A DNA stretch of 64,000 nt from an uncultured Verrucomicrobiae bacterium. Its GTDB lineage: Bacteria > Verrucomicrobiota > Verrucomicrobiia > Chthoniobacterales > Chthoniobacteraceae. The translations under genes were made by a program, and so were the position numbers. The stretch lies in contig CAWHEP010000008.1 of assembly GCA_963828525.1 (NCBI GenBank), positions 96,001 through 160,000 on the forward strand. Direction: 5' to 3'. The notes under the pieces are model-generated. The model was not told the origin of the DNA and searched no databases. It saw only the letters and a program-made list of their open reading frames with translations. Positions 1 to 10,441 of this stretch are shown here, one piece after another (position 1 is the stretch's first letter; every line of letters begins with the position of its first letter).

Positions 1-1136
1 GGTACCTGCTTTCTCTCGCACGTACAGCGAACTTCGTGGCATCCGGCGCGCAGTATCTCGCCACTATGGTATCGTCGCGCCGCACCGACCAGTTGGGGCG
101 AGGCGAACGGACTTGGAAATTCGTTTCTCAAGCTGGCGCTGAGACGATACGCCTGACGGGTGCTATACTCCACCGTATCTCCATTGCGGAAGCGTCCGTA
201 GCCATACGGCATGTCGATGCACGCCTCGTACCCGTTCGCGAGAACTTCGTTTCTATAAAGAGAACAGAGGCGTATGAGGCTCTGTTCCCGCTCCCCATTG
301 CCCGACCGGCGCACCCCGGGCCGGAACGAACCTGTGGCAACGTCAAAGTTGCTAAAGTGAAAGAACTGAAGAGCGGACTGGTTACATCTCCAGCCATCAG
401 CCGTAAAACTGATTCTGCGGCTATGCAGATTCCAATAGGCCACGTTGTAGCCGGTGTCCTTTTCGATGCAGATGCCTTCGAATAGCAACGGAGCCAAATC
501 CATGATTTTCTGATCCACGAAAAACGGCCTGCGGTAATCTGATGTAGAATTGTCAACAAGGCATGCTCTCCACCATTCAAGAATAGCAAGCGATCCGGGC
601 GTATTTCGCGCAGCAAAGAAACCAGTATTATACAAGCCATCCCGGAGAAGGGCGTCCAAATACGCCACGTAGTGAGGGTCGTCTCCTTCTGGATAGGCGC
701 GCTCTATATGGGGGGTGAGCACCGCGTCGAAAGTATCAAGTTTCTCGAGGATTCCGCTGAGGCTTCCTGTAACCCACACGTCCGAGTCGCAATAGATTGC
801 TTTTTCGTAAAGACGAGTGCTCAGGACATACTGAAGGAGAAGGGGTTTTAGACTGCCTTGCAGCTCGTAAAGGCTGTACTTAAAACAAGTCTGCTCGATG
901 GAGCTTAACCCGATGTCCGCCAGACTCAGGACCTCCCACGGCCCTTCAAGCGCAGGCGCCATTCCGTCGATACAGAGCACGAAGCATGCTGCTTGAGGAT
1001 GCGCCTTGTACACCGACGCGCAGAGGGTGGCGGCGCTTGCGGCATGGTTCCGCGCGACAACGGTGCAGACTGCCAACCGAGTTGTTGACGGCAGTATTCC
1101 TTCCTCTTGAGACTGCCACAATGGTTCGTTCTCCAT
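1..1136 (-). CDS. Glycosyltransferase (GT-A fold, 'YNVAYWNL' family), runs off the left window edge
   Basis: Not in the ORF track. Manual translation from ATG 1136: MENEPLW...AVCTVVARNH...FKYSLYELQGSLKP...IYCDSDVWV...VLTPHI...GLYNTGFFA...FVDQKIMD...GYNVAYWNL...FFHFSNFD. Paralogous to the next gene. Confidence 0.85.
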   Translation of the reverse strand, partial: MENEPLWQSQEEGILPSTTRLAVCTVVARNHAASAATLCASVYKAHPQAACFVLCIDGMAPALEGPWEVLSLADIGLSSIEQTCFKYSLYELQGSLKPLLLQYVLSTRLYEKAIYCDSDVWVTGSLSGILEKLDTFDAVLTPHIERAYPEGDDPHYVAYLDALLRDGLYNTGFFAARNTPGSLAILEWWRACLVDNSTSDYRRPFFVDQKIMDLAPLLFEGICIEKDTGYNVAYWNLHSRRISFTADGWRCNQSALQFFHFSNFDVATGSFRPGVRRSGNGEREQSLIRLCSLYRNEVLANGYEACIDMPYGYGRFRNGDTVEYSTRQAYRLSASLRNEFPSPFASPQLVGAARRYHSGEILRAGCHEVRCTCERKQV

Positions 1137-1167
1137 CTTTTTCACCCCGCGCAGGGGCCCATTCCCA

Positions 1168-2379
1168 TCACGTTTTCAATAGAAGCTTCACCGTTCCCAT
1201 AAACGTGCGCGTGAACACCCCCATCGGGTGATCCAATGCAGTTTTCAGCAGAAACCCCAACGCGCTTCTCCTCCTTCCCTCTGATATACGAAGCCGCGCC
1301 TCATGGCATCCAGACAAAAGCCCCTTCTTTAGCTGGAGTTTCTCGGTCTCCAACGCAAGTTCCGAGGCCTCAAAAGGAAAAGGGTATTTCTTTTGAAGAT
1401 CTGCATTAAGGCGGTATTCTCGCCGAGTCGCGTCTTGGATCACCTCACCATTGTTGAAGGTTCCGTAACCGTAGGGACTTCTCGAATACCGCTCCCATCC
1501 GTTCAACAGCACAGCCTCTCGATAATCAGCGCAGAGCTTCACTAGTCCATTTCCTGAGCAGTCCTCCTACACGGCTCCGACGTTCTGCACGAAACTCTCC
1601 TTTAGCGACGTCAAAGCCGCTGAAGTGGAAGAAGTGAAGTATCTCTCCGTTGCAACGCCACCTTCCGCCGTCGAAAGAGATATTTCTATTGGGAAGATTC
1701 CAAACAGCCGCGTTATACCCCGCGCCCTTCTCAACATGGACCAGATCGAATAAGATAGGCGCGAAATCCATGATCTTTTGATCGACAAAAGAGGGGTCTA
1801 ATGAAGTCGCACGAGCAATCCTCCTTTAGCATGTCATCCCACCAGTCAAGAAGGCGCAGCGTCTCGTCGCCCCCCCTAACGGCGAAAAAACCAAGGTTGA
1901 AGAGTCCGCAGCGAAGGAAAATATCGACTTCCCTCTCGGAGTAATTCCGGAAATCTCTCGTTATGTGCGGAGTCAGAATCGCATTATGGCCCTCAAGACT
2001 TCGGAACACACCGGAGAGATCTGCGCAGACCCAGATGTCTGAGTCAAGGTATATCACCTTATCGCACCGTTCTTGGCGCAAAATATGTTTAAGGAGGGCA
2101 GCTTTGAAGCTGCAGGCAAGCTCGTATACGTTGTACTTGAAACATCGTCCATCATCCTCAAGTTTCAAATCGGCGGGAGTCAGCGAACGCAACCCCCTCG
2201 GGAGAGTCTGCCGGGACACCGTCGATGTAAAGAATGTAGCATCTTACATCTGCGTGCAGCGCGAGGACAGATTGGCACAGAGTGAATGCGTTGGCCGCGT
2301 GGCTCCTCGTAACGATTGTGCAGACAGCGCGAATAGCACCGCATTCATCATCCAGCGTCTCCCGAACGACCGGGTTCAT
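1168..2379 (-). CDS. Glycosyltransferase, paralog of 1..1136, split by about 3 frameshifts
   Basis: Pieces 2158-2379 (AVCTIVTRSH), 1731-2219 (FKYNVYELACSFK, IYLDSDIWV, LTPHI, GLFNLGFFA), 1526-1771 (GYNAAVWNL, FFHFSGFD) and 1168-1542 (YGYGTFNNG) are colinear with the neighbouring paralog. Confidence 0.8.
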
Positions 2380-3409
2380 GTCTCACTAAAAGGTGCCACG
2401 CGACTCCGAACGAAAATCTTTCTGTATGCACTAATAATTGCCGGTGGTGCCCAGCCACGCACGATTTTCTTAAGGTAGACTCCCTCTTCTCAGGCGCAGG
2501 TTCAATGAACTTCAACAGTCTCTCGGACAAAGCCTCTCGCTTCCTTAGTATCATGAGAAGCTGGATAAAAGCGCCTCCAGTAAATCGGTGCAGGTCCGCA
2601 GTAGGGCAGTCATCCAGAATTGAACATAGCCAGTTAGAAACATTCACTCCGTTAGAGTCGCAGAAATCCAAGATAGCCACTGCCGTCTTCTCAACCCATG
2701 ACCGCCGTTCCCCGGAGGTGAAGGTTCTCCAGTCCTGGCCACTGTGCTGGCGGTACAAAGCCTGGGGGGTAGGATTTATGATTACCCTTCCATGCTTCGC
2801 ACATTCCATGAATAAAAGCCTGTCGTTGTCGAAGGGATTGGCTTGTTCTCGCACAGCTGAATAACTTTGCCTATAGATGTCCGATTGCACTAGCAAGGTG
2901 GAATAATGCACAGGTGTGCCCAAAAGACATGCTAGGGCAGCTCTCTTGGCATCTAAGCTCCAAGCTGTGGTGACGGGCGGGAATCCGGAGGCAGCCCAAC
3001 AGAGGGACGTCAAATCCGAAAATGTCATCCAAGACGACTCGCCGTCAACCCACAGAAAAGACGACCAATACGAGCCCACATCCGGCATCCGTTCCAAATA
3101 TCCCAAGGCTAGCGCAAGGTGAGTGTCAGCCCACCAGTCGTCATCATGAAGAACCGCAATGTATTTACCCTTCGACTCCCAGATAAGCGATTCTCCATGC
3201 GCAAGAGGCGCGAGGATGGGTTCACGGAAGATGTAACGTATTGGTAGTGAGGGAAAGCCACTACAGACATCGCGGGACGCCAGACACCCCGCATTCTCCG
3301 AAACGATCACTTCACTTACACTCCCGATCGCGGTCTGCCGCTCAATGGAGCGGAGCGCGGTCGCCAACATCCCGGCGCGGTTCGTCGTCGGCAGGAGAAC
3401 TGTGATCAT
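2348..3409 (-). CDS. Glycosyltransferase family 2
   Basis: N-terminal ITVLLPTTNR, EVIVSENA, YIAVLHDDD (DxD), YRQHSGQ. The 3' end may be frameshifted. Confidence 0.85.
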   Translation of the reverse strand: MITVLLPTTNRAGMLATALRSIERQTAIGSVSEVIVSENAGCLASRDVCSGFPSLPIRYIFREPILAPLAHGESLIWESKGKYIAVLHDDDWWADTHLALALGYLERMPDVGSYWSSFLWVDGESSWMTFSDLTSLCWAASGFPPVTTAWSLDAKRAALACLLGTPVHYSTLLVQSDIYRQSYSAVREQANPFDNDRLLFMECAKHGRVIINPTPQALYRQHSGQDWRTFTSGERRSWVEKTAVAILDFCDSNGVNVSNWLCSILDDCPTADLHRFTGGAFIQLLMILRKREALSERLLKFIEPAPEKRESTLRKSCVAGHHRQLLVHTERFSFGVAWHLLVRHEPGRSGDAG

Positions 3410-3505
3410 AGTTGATATGCACCGACAGCGTAGTTTATGGTTGGGTGGAAGAGATTAGACACCCATTTTTGATTCCAATCCGCGGTAAATCCCAGCAAAT
3501 CATCT

Positions 3506-4904
3506 TCAAGGCACAAAAGAATTGGTCATCACCACGCCTGATGACGCATAGGTTCCAACCCGTTCCTTCCTCACAGCTATTCTCGAATCCCTTTTCAAAA
3601 CGAGGCGGATTAATGAGCAGCATCCTGCAAGAGAGGCTTGTTCCCATCTTAACGACGGACGAATACACCCCCCTACATGCCCTCCATATTCTTCTCGGTC
3701 CACGCCTGTCTCATGGACACAAAATGAGACGGCGTTTCTAATACACACCTCCACATTCGTAGCGTTGGTAAGCAGGAATATGGTGATTGAGTAGGGGCCA
3801 TCGTTTAGGAAACGCGCGGGGAAAATGCACTCGTGCTGGTGTATGCCAGTTTCAAGGATCCTGGAATTGGTACCGGAGCACAGCACCCAAACGCCCTGCT
3901 TGTCGAAGAGGTGGATGCTGGAGGATATAAGAAGCGAGCCTTTGGTAACCGCGAAGTCAAACTGGAGGGCCACCTCTTTATCAATCTGGACTTCGCTGGT
4001 TACCTCTCCGGCGCATATGGTTCGCGCTGAGCGCAATCGCATCCGCTCATTACCCGCGTGCATATCATGTTCGTCCCAAGTCACCTCTCCCGTGCTCAGG
4101 GCGTGGGCCTTTACGTATTCGCCTATCACTTCGGAGGCGGCGCCATCCATCTCTTTCCTGCCATGCTCCATCAATATGCATCTAGAACAAAGATTAGCAG
4201 CCACGCCCATGTTGTGACTTACGAAGAGCACCGTCCGCCCGTCTCTTGCGACATCTTCCATTTTGCCAATACATTTCTTTTGAAACTGGAGGTCGCCGAC
4301 CGCCAACACCTCATCGATGATCAATATGTCGGGATCCAGATGCGCCGCGACTCCAAAGGCAAGGCGGACTGTACATTCCGCTAGAGTATCTCTTCACAGG
4401 TGTGTCGATGAACTGAGAGACCTCGGCAAATTCTACAATCTGCTCGAACTTCTTCCTGATCTCCTGCTTCTTCATGCCGAGGATCGCGCCATTCAGGTAT
4501 ATGTTGTCGCGACCGCTCAACTCGGGATGAAAGCCGGTTCCCACCTCCAGAAGCGACGCGACGCGACCGCGCATTGTGGCTTCCCCAGCGGTGGGCTCGG
4601 TGATCCTGGAGAGAATTTTCAGCAGCGTTGACTTTCCCGCGCCGTTTCGCCCAATGATGCCGACGATCTCGCCTCGCTCCACAGAGAACGAAACGTCCCT
4701 CAGCGCCCAAAATTCCGATGTAACCTTGGGAGGACGGGCATGGTGTCCGTTAAGGCCCGTGCCGTTTGCTGACGAATCCCTGCCATTGCGCCCAAGAAGA
4801 CGCCCCCACCATCCATCGAGCTGCTCCCTGAATGTGTGTCGTCCAAAATCCCCGAGCCGGTACCTTTTGGAGAGATCGACTACTTCAATAATAGGGTCAG
4901 ACAT
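3506..4904 (-). CDS. wzt: Polysaccharide ABC transporter ATP-binding subunit with C-terminal Wzt_C domain (frameshift near 4350-4380)
   Basis: FWALRDVSFSV, Walker A GRNGAGKST, EVGTGFHPELSGRDN, signature YSSGM, Walker B IIDEVLAVGD, VLFVSHN across ORFs 4311-4904 and 3506-4324. Confidence 0.92.
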
Positions 4905-4909
4905 CTCAA

Positions 4910-5761
4910 TCAGACAGTGTCAATAAATGTTCGCTCGACATGCTGAAAAACCATCAAACCTCCCAGCAGCAGGAGCAGAGTAATAATACCCGATAGGACA
5001 AAGAACGGCCCCTCTACAAACCCTGCTCCCAGGAAAGCATACTTTGTTGCTTCAACGGGCATCGTCATGGGATTCAGCAAGCTTATCCAACGCCATTTTG
5101 GGGATATCTGCGACAGGGGATAAATAACGGGTGTCGCGTACATCCATAACTGCATCAGGAAGACGGATAGGTGACTGAAATCACGATAGGTTACCGTGAG
5201 CGCGGACATCCACAAGCCAACGCCAAGGCTGAGCGCCGCGACCTGCAGGATGACTACGGGAAGGAGAGCAAGCTGCCAGCGCAGACCGAACATCGCGACG
5301 GAAGAAGTGAAATATTTGTAGTAAATGTAAAAGACGGCGATTGTCGCCAGTTGCACGGCGACATTGAACAGGTTGGAGACTATCGCCGCCAGAGGCGGTA
5401 TCAGTCGGGGAAAATAAACTTTCCCAAAAAGCTGCGCGTTTCCTGTGAGTATGCTGGAAGTGGTGGCGAAATTCGTAGCGAAGTAGTTCCAGCCTAAAAG
5501 ACCGCACATATAGAATAAAGCGGGCGGAGCCTCCGCGGTGGGGATGCGGGCAATCTTGCCAAAGACGACCGTAAAGATGAAGGTCATCATCAACGGCTGA
5601 ATGACAAACCATGCCGGTCCAAGCAAGGTCTGCTTATATTTCGCGATGAAATCCCTGCGAATCATGATGAGCAGCAAGTCGCGATACTCCCACAAGGCGC
5701 GGAAATCGAAATGCAACCAGCGGCTGTTTGGGCGTATGTGCAGCCTATAAGTGGATGTCAT
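4910..5761 (-). CDS. wzm: Polysaccharide ABC transporter permease
   Basis: LWEYRDLL..RRDFIAKYKQTLLGPAW, KVYFPRL, YRDF, MYATPVIYPL, LNPM, ERTFIDTV. Likely start MTSTYRL at 5761. Confidence 0.93.
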   Translation of the reverse strand: MTSTYRLHIRPNSRWLHFDFRALWEYRDLLLIMIRRDFIAKYKQTLLGPAWFVIQPLMMTFIFTVVFGKIARIPTAEAPPALFYMCGLLGWNYFATNFATTSSILTGNAQLFGKVYFPRLIPPLAAIVSNLFNVAVQLATIAVFYIYYKYFTSSVAMFGLRWQLALLPVVILQVAALSLGVGLWMSALTVTYRDFSHLSVFLMQLWMYATPVIYPLSQISPKWRWISLLNPMTMPVEATKYAFLGAGFVEGPFFVLSGIITLLLLLGGLMVFQHVERTFIDTV

Positions 5762-5807
5762 GCGGATGGGAGTCGCGCAACGCTTTCGGCGAGAACGCGA
5801 AAGGAAC

Positions 5808-8054
5808 TCAGGATTTGTCCCTGACAGACGCGTCAGAGCCACGACTCGGATGGGAGGCACCGTTTCCGTTGCTCCCGTTGCTCCCGTTGCTGCCGTTTTC
5901 GCCCGAGTGGGCATAGGCGCGATTACCGTACTTCTTATTGTAATACCTATATCCGTAATAATAGTAGCCGTACGGACTTGGAGGAACCTTGTTGAAGCTA
6001 ACACCAGGTATCCGTCCGCCCGCTTTCTGAATAGCTTCAATGGCGCGCGTAACCGCGCGCCGGGGGGTGCGACAAGCTTGCACGACAAGAGTTGCGTAGG
6101 GAATCTGGCGAAGAAGCAATGTTGTGTCGGCGAGGATGTTAACCGGCGCGCTGTCATAGAGCACCCAATCGAACTGCTTGCGTAGCTCGTCATCGAGTTC
6201 GCGAATCCGTTCGCTTCCGTTCGCGAGAAGCTCAGCGGGCCGTAATACATTGGTTCCCGCGGGAATGAGACTCAATCCAGGTATATCTGTGGGAAGAATG
6301 ACGTCAGCCACGCGTACTTTCTCATCGAGCAACTCAGACAGGCCCGGAGGCGATACTTTCTTCCCGAGAAGCAACTCATGAAGAACCGGCCGCCGCAAAT
6401 CGGCGTCAATCAACAACGTTTTCAGTCCCTGACGCGCTACAACTCCCGCGTAGTTCGTACAGCAAAATGTCTTCCCCTCGCCCGGAGACGCGCTTGTGAA
6501 AACAAGGGAGATGCCTGTATGCCCTACCTCTCTGGTCATGATGAGGGAGAGCGCGGCTCTAAGCGACCTGAATGCCTCCGCGACCGAGGAATCTTCATTG
6601 TGGAATGCCTGAGAGATGGCATCCCGCTTCTTTCGAGCGCCCTTGACCATGGGTATGCCGCTAAGCACCTCAAGGCCCGTTGCCTTCTCCACATGATCCA
6701 CTGTCTTCAAAGACGTATCGGCCAAGTGGAGTAGATAGATGAGGCCAAACGCAACCGTCAACCCGCCGAAGAGGGAGATGATCATGATCTTCTGCACATT
6801 CGGCTTGAAGGGAATCGCTGGCAGATTTGCCTCTTGGAAAACCCGGACAGCATCAGTCTTCAGCTTATCCGCGAGATCGGTGTCCTTCATCTTCCGAAGC
6901 ATCGCGTCGTAGAGCACGGAGTCCGTCTCAACCTGGCGGCTCAGATTTGAAAATTCGATACCGTTGCGATCAAGATCGAGTTCCGCTTTCTCCTGCTGGT
7001 GCAAAGCCGCCTCCAAACTGTCTACCTCGCCGTCCACTTTCTCCGCTTCAGACTTCAGAAGGGGTGGCATCTTCTTCGCAGCCTCCCGCATCGCCTGCCC
7101 ATACTCAGCTATTCGGCTCTGCGCTTCGATCATCCTGGGATGTCGCGGGCCGTAGCGCTGGCTCATCGTGGCTACGAGATTCGTAAATTCCGTAAGCGCG
7201 TGTTTGATAGCCATGATCTGCGGCTGATTCTGGACACTGGGCAGCATAAGCAGCGCGTCGGGATCATTTTTCAACTTATCCATCTGCTTGAGATCGGCGT
7301 ACAACTGCAGGCGATTCGCCTTCGCTGCGGTCACTCTCGCGTTTAGATCCTTTAGCTTATCAAGGATGATGTTCTTCCCCCCCTCAAATGCGACTGTTCC
7401 AAACTTCTCCTTATAGGACTCCAGCGCAGCCTCAGAAACTTCGACTTTGTGTTTGTAGATATCGACCTGATTCAGCAGAAACTCCAAAGCAACATTGTTG
7501 GCGGAGGTGCCGCGCTCGATGTTCTGCTTTATAAACTCGACACAAACGGTATCCGCGATCTTCTCGGCTGTGGGCGGATGGGTGTGTTCCACGTTGACGT
7601 CGATAAGGAGCGTGTTCGCCCGGACAGTAGCGGTGACCATCCCCATCAAATTGCCGGCGATCTCCTCGACAGAACGCTTGTGACCATCCTTGGGAGCTGG
7701 GAGGAAATCGGGGTCGTTCGCCAGATCGGCGGTCTTGGCAACCCTTAGGAGAAAAGGGAAGCTCCGCATATTCTCGACGAACGTGTTGCGGATTTCGCCG
7801 TTGTTGTAGTCCATCGGCATCGCGCGTTGAACAGGAAAGATATTGGTGTCCGCAGGCTCAACTTGAAGGGTCGCCGTTGACCGATAGGTCGGAGGGGTGC
7901 GCTTTACGTAGGCAGCACCGAGGAAGAGTGTGATGATCACGCACAGGGCCACCAGCCAAAGTTTCTCGAGCACCGCGTGCGCAAGATCTTTGTAACTGAG
8001 AAGCTCTTGGGTCTCAGGCCCCAGGGCGAGGCCGTCGGAAGCACCTTGGGCCAC
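5808..8054 (-). CDS. wzc: Polysaccharide co-polymerase / BY-kinase (Wzc/GumC-like), copy 1
   Basis: Two TM segments flanking a coiled coil, YGPRHP, AEAFRSLR, Walker A SASPGEGKT, IDADLRRP, DSAP, C-terminal Tyr cluster YGYYYYGYRYY. Confidence 0.93.
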   Translation of the reverse strand: MAQGASDGLALGPETQELLSYKDLAHAVLEKLWLVALCVIITLFLGAAYVKRTPPTYRSTATLQVEPADTNIFPVQRAMPMDYNNGEIRNTFVENMRSFPFLLRVAKTADLANDPDFLPAPKDGHKRSVEEIAGNLMGMVTATVRANTLLIDVNVEHTHPPTAEKIADTVCVEFIKQNIERGTSANNVALEFLLNQVDIYKHKVEVSEAALESYKEKFGTVAFEGGKNIILDKLKDLNARVTAAKANRLQLYADLKQMDKLKNDPDALLMLPSVQNQPQIMAIKHALTEFTNLVATMSQRYGPRHPRMIEAQSRIAEYGQAMREAAKKMPPLLKSEAEKVDGEVDSLEAALHQQEKAELDLDRNGIEFSNLSRQVETDSVLYDAMLRKMKDTDLADKLKTDAVRVFQEANLPAIPFKPNVQKIMIISLFGGLTVAFGLIYLLHLADTSLKTVDHVEKATGLEVLSGIPMVKGARKKRDAISQAFHNEDSSVAEAFRSLRAALSLIMTREVGHTGISLVFTSASPGEGKTFCCTNYAGVVARQGLKTLLIDADLRRPVLHELLLGKKVSPPGLSELLDEKVRVADVILPTDIPGLSLIPAGTNVLRPAELLANGSERIRELDDELRKQFDWVLYDSAPVNILADTTLLLRQIPYATLVVQACRTPRRAVTRAIEAIQKAGGRIPGVSFNKVPPSPYGYYYYGYRYYNKKYGNRAYAHSGENGSNGSNGSNGNGASHPSRGSDASVRDKS
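5866..5897. repeat. 9-bp tandem repeat encoding the (NGS)n tail of Wzc
   Basis: CCGTTGCT at 5866, 5875 and 5884, then CCGTT at 5893. Confidence 0.7.
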
Positions 8055-8119
8055 TTACAGGCTCCTTTCAAAGCTGCGGACGCCTGCACCGAAAGAACTG
8101 GAAAAGATTAACTGAATGT

Positions 8120-8815
8120 TCACCACCATGTCTCTCCGACAGTGACTACATCGCCCGGTTTGATCTCAAATGGCTGCACATGGCTGTCCTTCGTCATCTT
8201 CCTGGCATCGACCCGGAAGGTCTGCTCGCTTCCTTCTGACCGACGAACGACAGTTATTTTGGAGGGATCAGCAATACGGGTGAAGCCTCCCGCCATGGCG
8301 ACGGCTTCAACAAGATTGATCGTATCCTGGGAGGAGAAAGAATAAGTCCCCGGACGCGCAATCTGCCCGAACATGATGAACCCGCGTGAGGAAAGAGCGG
8401 AAAGCGTGACCATGATCCGTGGGTTGACGAAAATCTGCTGCTTTACGTACTCGTTCCGAATCCGATCCGCAGCCCCATGAGTGGTCAACCCGCTCAGTTT
8501 CACCTGGTTAATCAGCGGGAGCGTCACGTTCCCGTCTTTGGTGATGCGGCAGGCCGTGGTCATGTCGTCTTCCCCATAGACAAGGACAGAAACGGCATCC
8601 CCAGGGCCAAGAATGTAATTATCCAGATCGGCGCGGGCCACGCTTTCGCCTGGAAGGGCGCGTAGCACCGGTAACGCGCGCTGCACCTCTTGAGCAGCTA
8701 TCGTTCCGGCAGCGCAGCACAACGCCAGAGACAGGACGGCTCGGAATAAGTTTGGGGAAATCTTCACGCGCTTTGGGTAAAATGATACCACAATCCCACA
8801 CAATTTCTTCTTCAA
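8120..8815 (-). CDS. wza: Short OPX polysaccharide export protein (Poly_export + SLBB), copy 1
   Basis: YILGPGDAVSVLVYGEDDM, DGNVTLPLI, GQIARPGTY, AVAMAGGFTRIAD, IKPGDVVTV. Ends GETWW with no C-terminal outer-membrane helix. Confidence 0.9.
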   Translation of the reverse strand: MKKKLCGIVVSFYPKRVKISPNLFRAVLSLALCCAAGTIAAQEVQRALPVLRALPGESVARADLDNYILGPGDAVSVLVYGEDDMTTACRITKDGNVTLPLINQVKLSGLTTHGAADRIRNEYVKQQIFVNPRIMVTLSALSSRGFIMFGQIARPGTYSFSSQDTINLVEAVAMAGGFTRIADPSKITVVRRSEGSEQTFRVDARKMTKDSHVQPFEIKPGDVVTVGETWW

Positions 8816-8836
8816 GGAGGCCCGGCTATGCCCAGT

Positions 8837-10441
8837 TCAGAAGGTCAGGTCGAAATTGATGGAAAAGGTATTGTCTGTGAAATCGAAAAAGTTTGACGGC
8901 AGGCGCGTGGAGGCTGTCTTGCCAACGTTGTCCTGGAAACCGTAAGAAGCACGAAGGGTGCCGTAGTGTGTAAGCGGCATTGAAGCAGAGATGCCCACGT
9001 TGAAGTCATCAAAATGCTGGTTCAAATCCGCGCCTGTTTGAGAGCTGAAATAGTCAGAGCGGTCATAGCCACCGAAAGCCGTCAGCGTCACCCGGTATAA
9101 AACGCGCTGTTGAACCTGGAGCGTGACGCCCGTGGAGGTGAAATCCGCGCTGAGGCGACCGTCTACGCCATGGTTGAGATCGTTCGCGATGCGCGTAGCC
9201 GAAGAGCTGTTATCCCTATACACGCGAAGCTGCAGCGCAGTATCGGGAAAGGGATAATCACTGATATCACCGGAGTACACGACGTTCACGGAACTCCCTC
9301 CCGGGAGTTCACGAAATTCTGGACCAATACTGAAATCCGCCTGAAGTTTTCTCAAGTTGAAGAAGTGGGCGGTCACAAAGAATTGTTGGTAGGGCTGCGA
9401 ACTGCTATTCTGCACGAAGGTCCAACCCGTGGTGAAGCCGACGCCCAGTTTGAGTTTCTCAGTGATCGCGTGCTCCGCGACATTCCGAAAGGAAAGATCG
9501 TAGGAATCCGATGAATCCTGATAGGACGAGATCGAGAGGATTGCATCATGATGGGTTGTAATCTTCTCGGTCCAGGCGTAGGACGCGTTCAGATCCGAAG
9601 TGTAGAAGCCGTATTGCCCTCTCCGCGAAGTACCTACGATGCCATCATAGAAGGCGTTCGTCTGTTCATTGAAGCCCAGAGTGAGTTTATTGAGAGTCAG
9701 GTGAGCATCCAGGCTAAGCGTATGATTTACCTCCGGGGCGATGCCGTGGTCCCCATAGAAACTCGCGCCGACATTGTATGTGATCGCAATGCTGTTCTGC
9801 GAACCTTGCTCGTATGCATCCTCTCCGCCGCGCCGGAAAGTGATATTGGCCCCTACGTAGTACGAGGCCGCGCTTGTCTCGGCGGTCGTGCGTCCGTTCC
9901 CGAGAAACACGTTGGATTCATAATTAAACCCCGTTGACACACCGCCGTGCAAGCCATAGCCGACCAGCATCTGCCTGGCGTCAAAATTGCCCACCTGAAC
10001 GAACTGCCGGGGGCCAACGTATTGAGACGCGGCGGGGGGAATCGGAGGCTCAGACGGAACAATGTGGACGACGCTTGGAGAACCATCGGAGTTCGGCGGA
10101 AAATCCGGGTTTGTCGCGTCTGTGGGCTGAACTGTAGTTCTAAAAAGATCGGACGTGGCGGCTGGCGCAGTATTTGGGGCGACCATCGGGGAGAAACCGC
10201 CTTGCGCGGGTATCATTGGCCCGCCCGCCTCTGCGGATGGAGCAGGCGGCAGAGGGGCGGGACCCCGAAACACCGGGTTCTGTCCAGGGAGACGCGTGGC
10301 CATCAGAATAAACGCCGCGGCACAGACAGCGACGCGGCGGCCGGAGAGAATTGTTGAGCTTTGATGCCGCAAGCTACTGGAGGGTGGAGGGCGAGATGGG
10401 AGGCAACTCTCCAGCATTCGCAGGGTTGAAAGGACGTCCAA
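8837..10441 (-). CDS. Outer-membrane beta-barrel protein partnered with the short OPX (BBP2/EpsX-like), copy 1; start uncertain
   Basis: Signal peptide plus Pro-rich linker, then alternating amphipathic strands and terminal INFDLTF (C-terminal Phe). Lies directly upstream of wza. Confidence 0.78.
   Translation of the reverse strand: MDVLSTLRMLESCLPSRPPPSSSLRHQSSTILSGRRVAVCAAAFILMATRLPGQNPVFRGPAPLPPAPSAEAGGPMIPAQGGFSPMVAPNTAPAATSDLFRTTVQPTDATNPDFPPNSDGSPSVVHIVPSEPPIPPAASQYVGPRQFVQVGNFDARQMLVGYGLHGGVSTGFNYESNVFLGNGRTTAETSAASYYVGANITFRRGGEDAYEQGSQNSIAITYNVGASFYGDHGIAPEVNHTLSLDAHLTLNKLTLGFNEQTNAFYDGIVGTSRRGQYGFYTSDLNASYAWTEKITTHHDAILSISSYQDSSDSYDLSFRNVAEHAITEKLKLGVGFTTGWTFVQNSSSQPYQQFFVTAHFFNLRKLQADFSIGPEFRELPGGSSVNVVYSGDISDYPFPDTALQLRVYRDNSSSATRIANDLNHGVDGRLSADFTSTGVTLQVQQRVLYRVTLTAFGGYDRSDYFSSQTGADLNQHFDDFNVGISASMPLTHYGTLRASYGFQDNVGKTASTRLPSNFFDFTDNTFSINFDLTF

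Noticed and set aside
36..640. ORFs 36..485(+) and 128..640(-)
   Set aside because: They are alternative frames over the real glycosyltransferase that runs off the window edge.
5762..6250. Long N-terminal extension of Wzm overlapping wzc
   Set aside because: It overlaps the wzc kinase domain in another frame; Wzm similarity starts near 5761.
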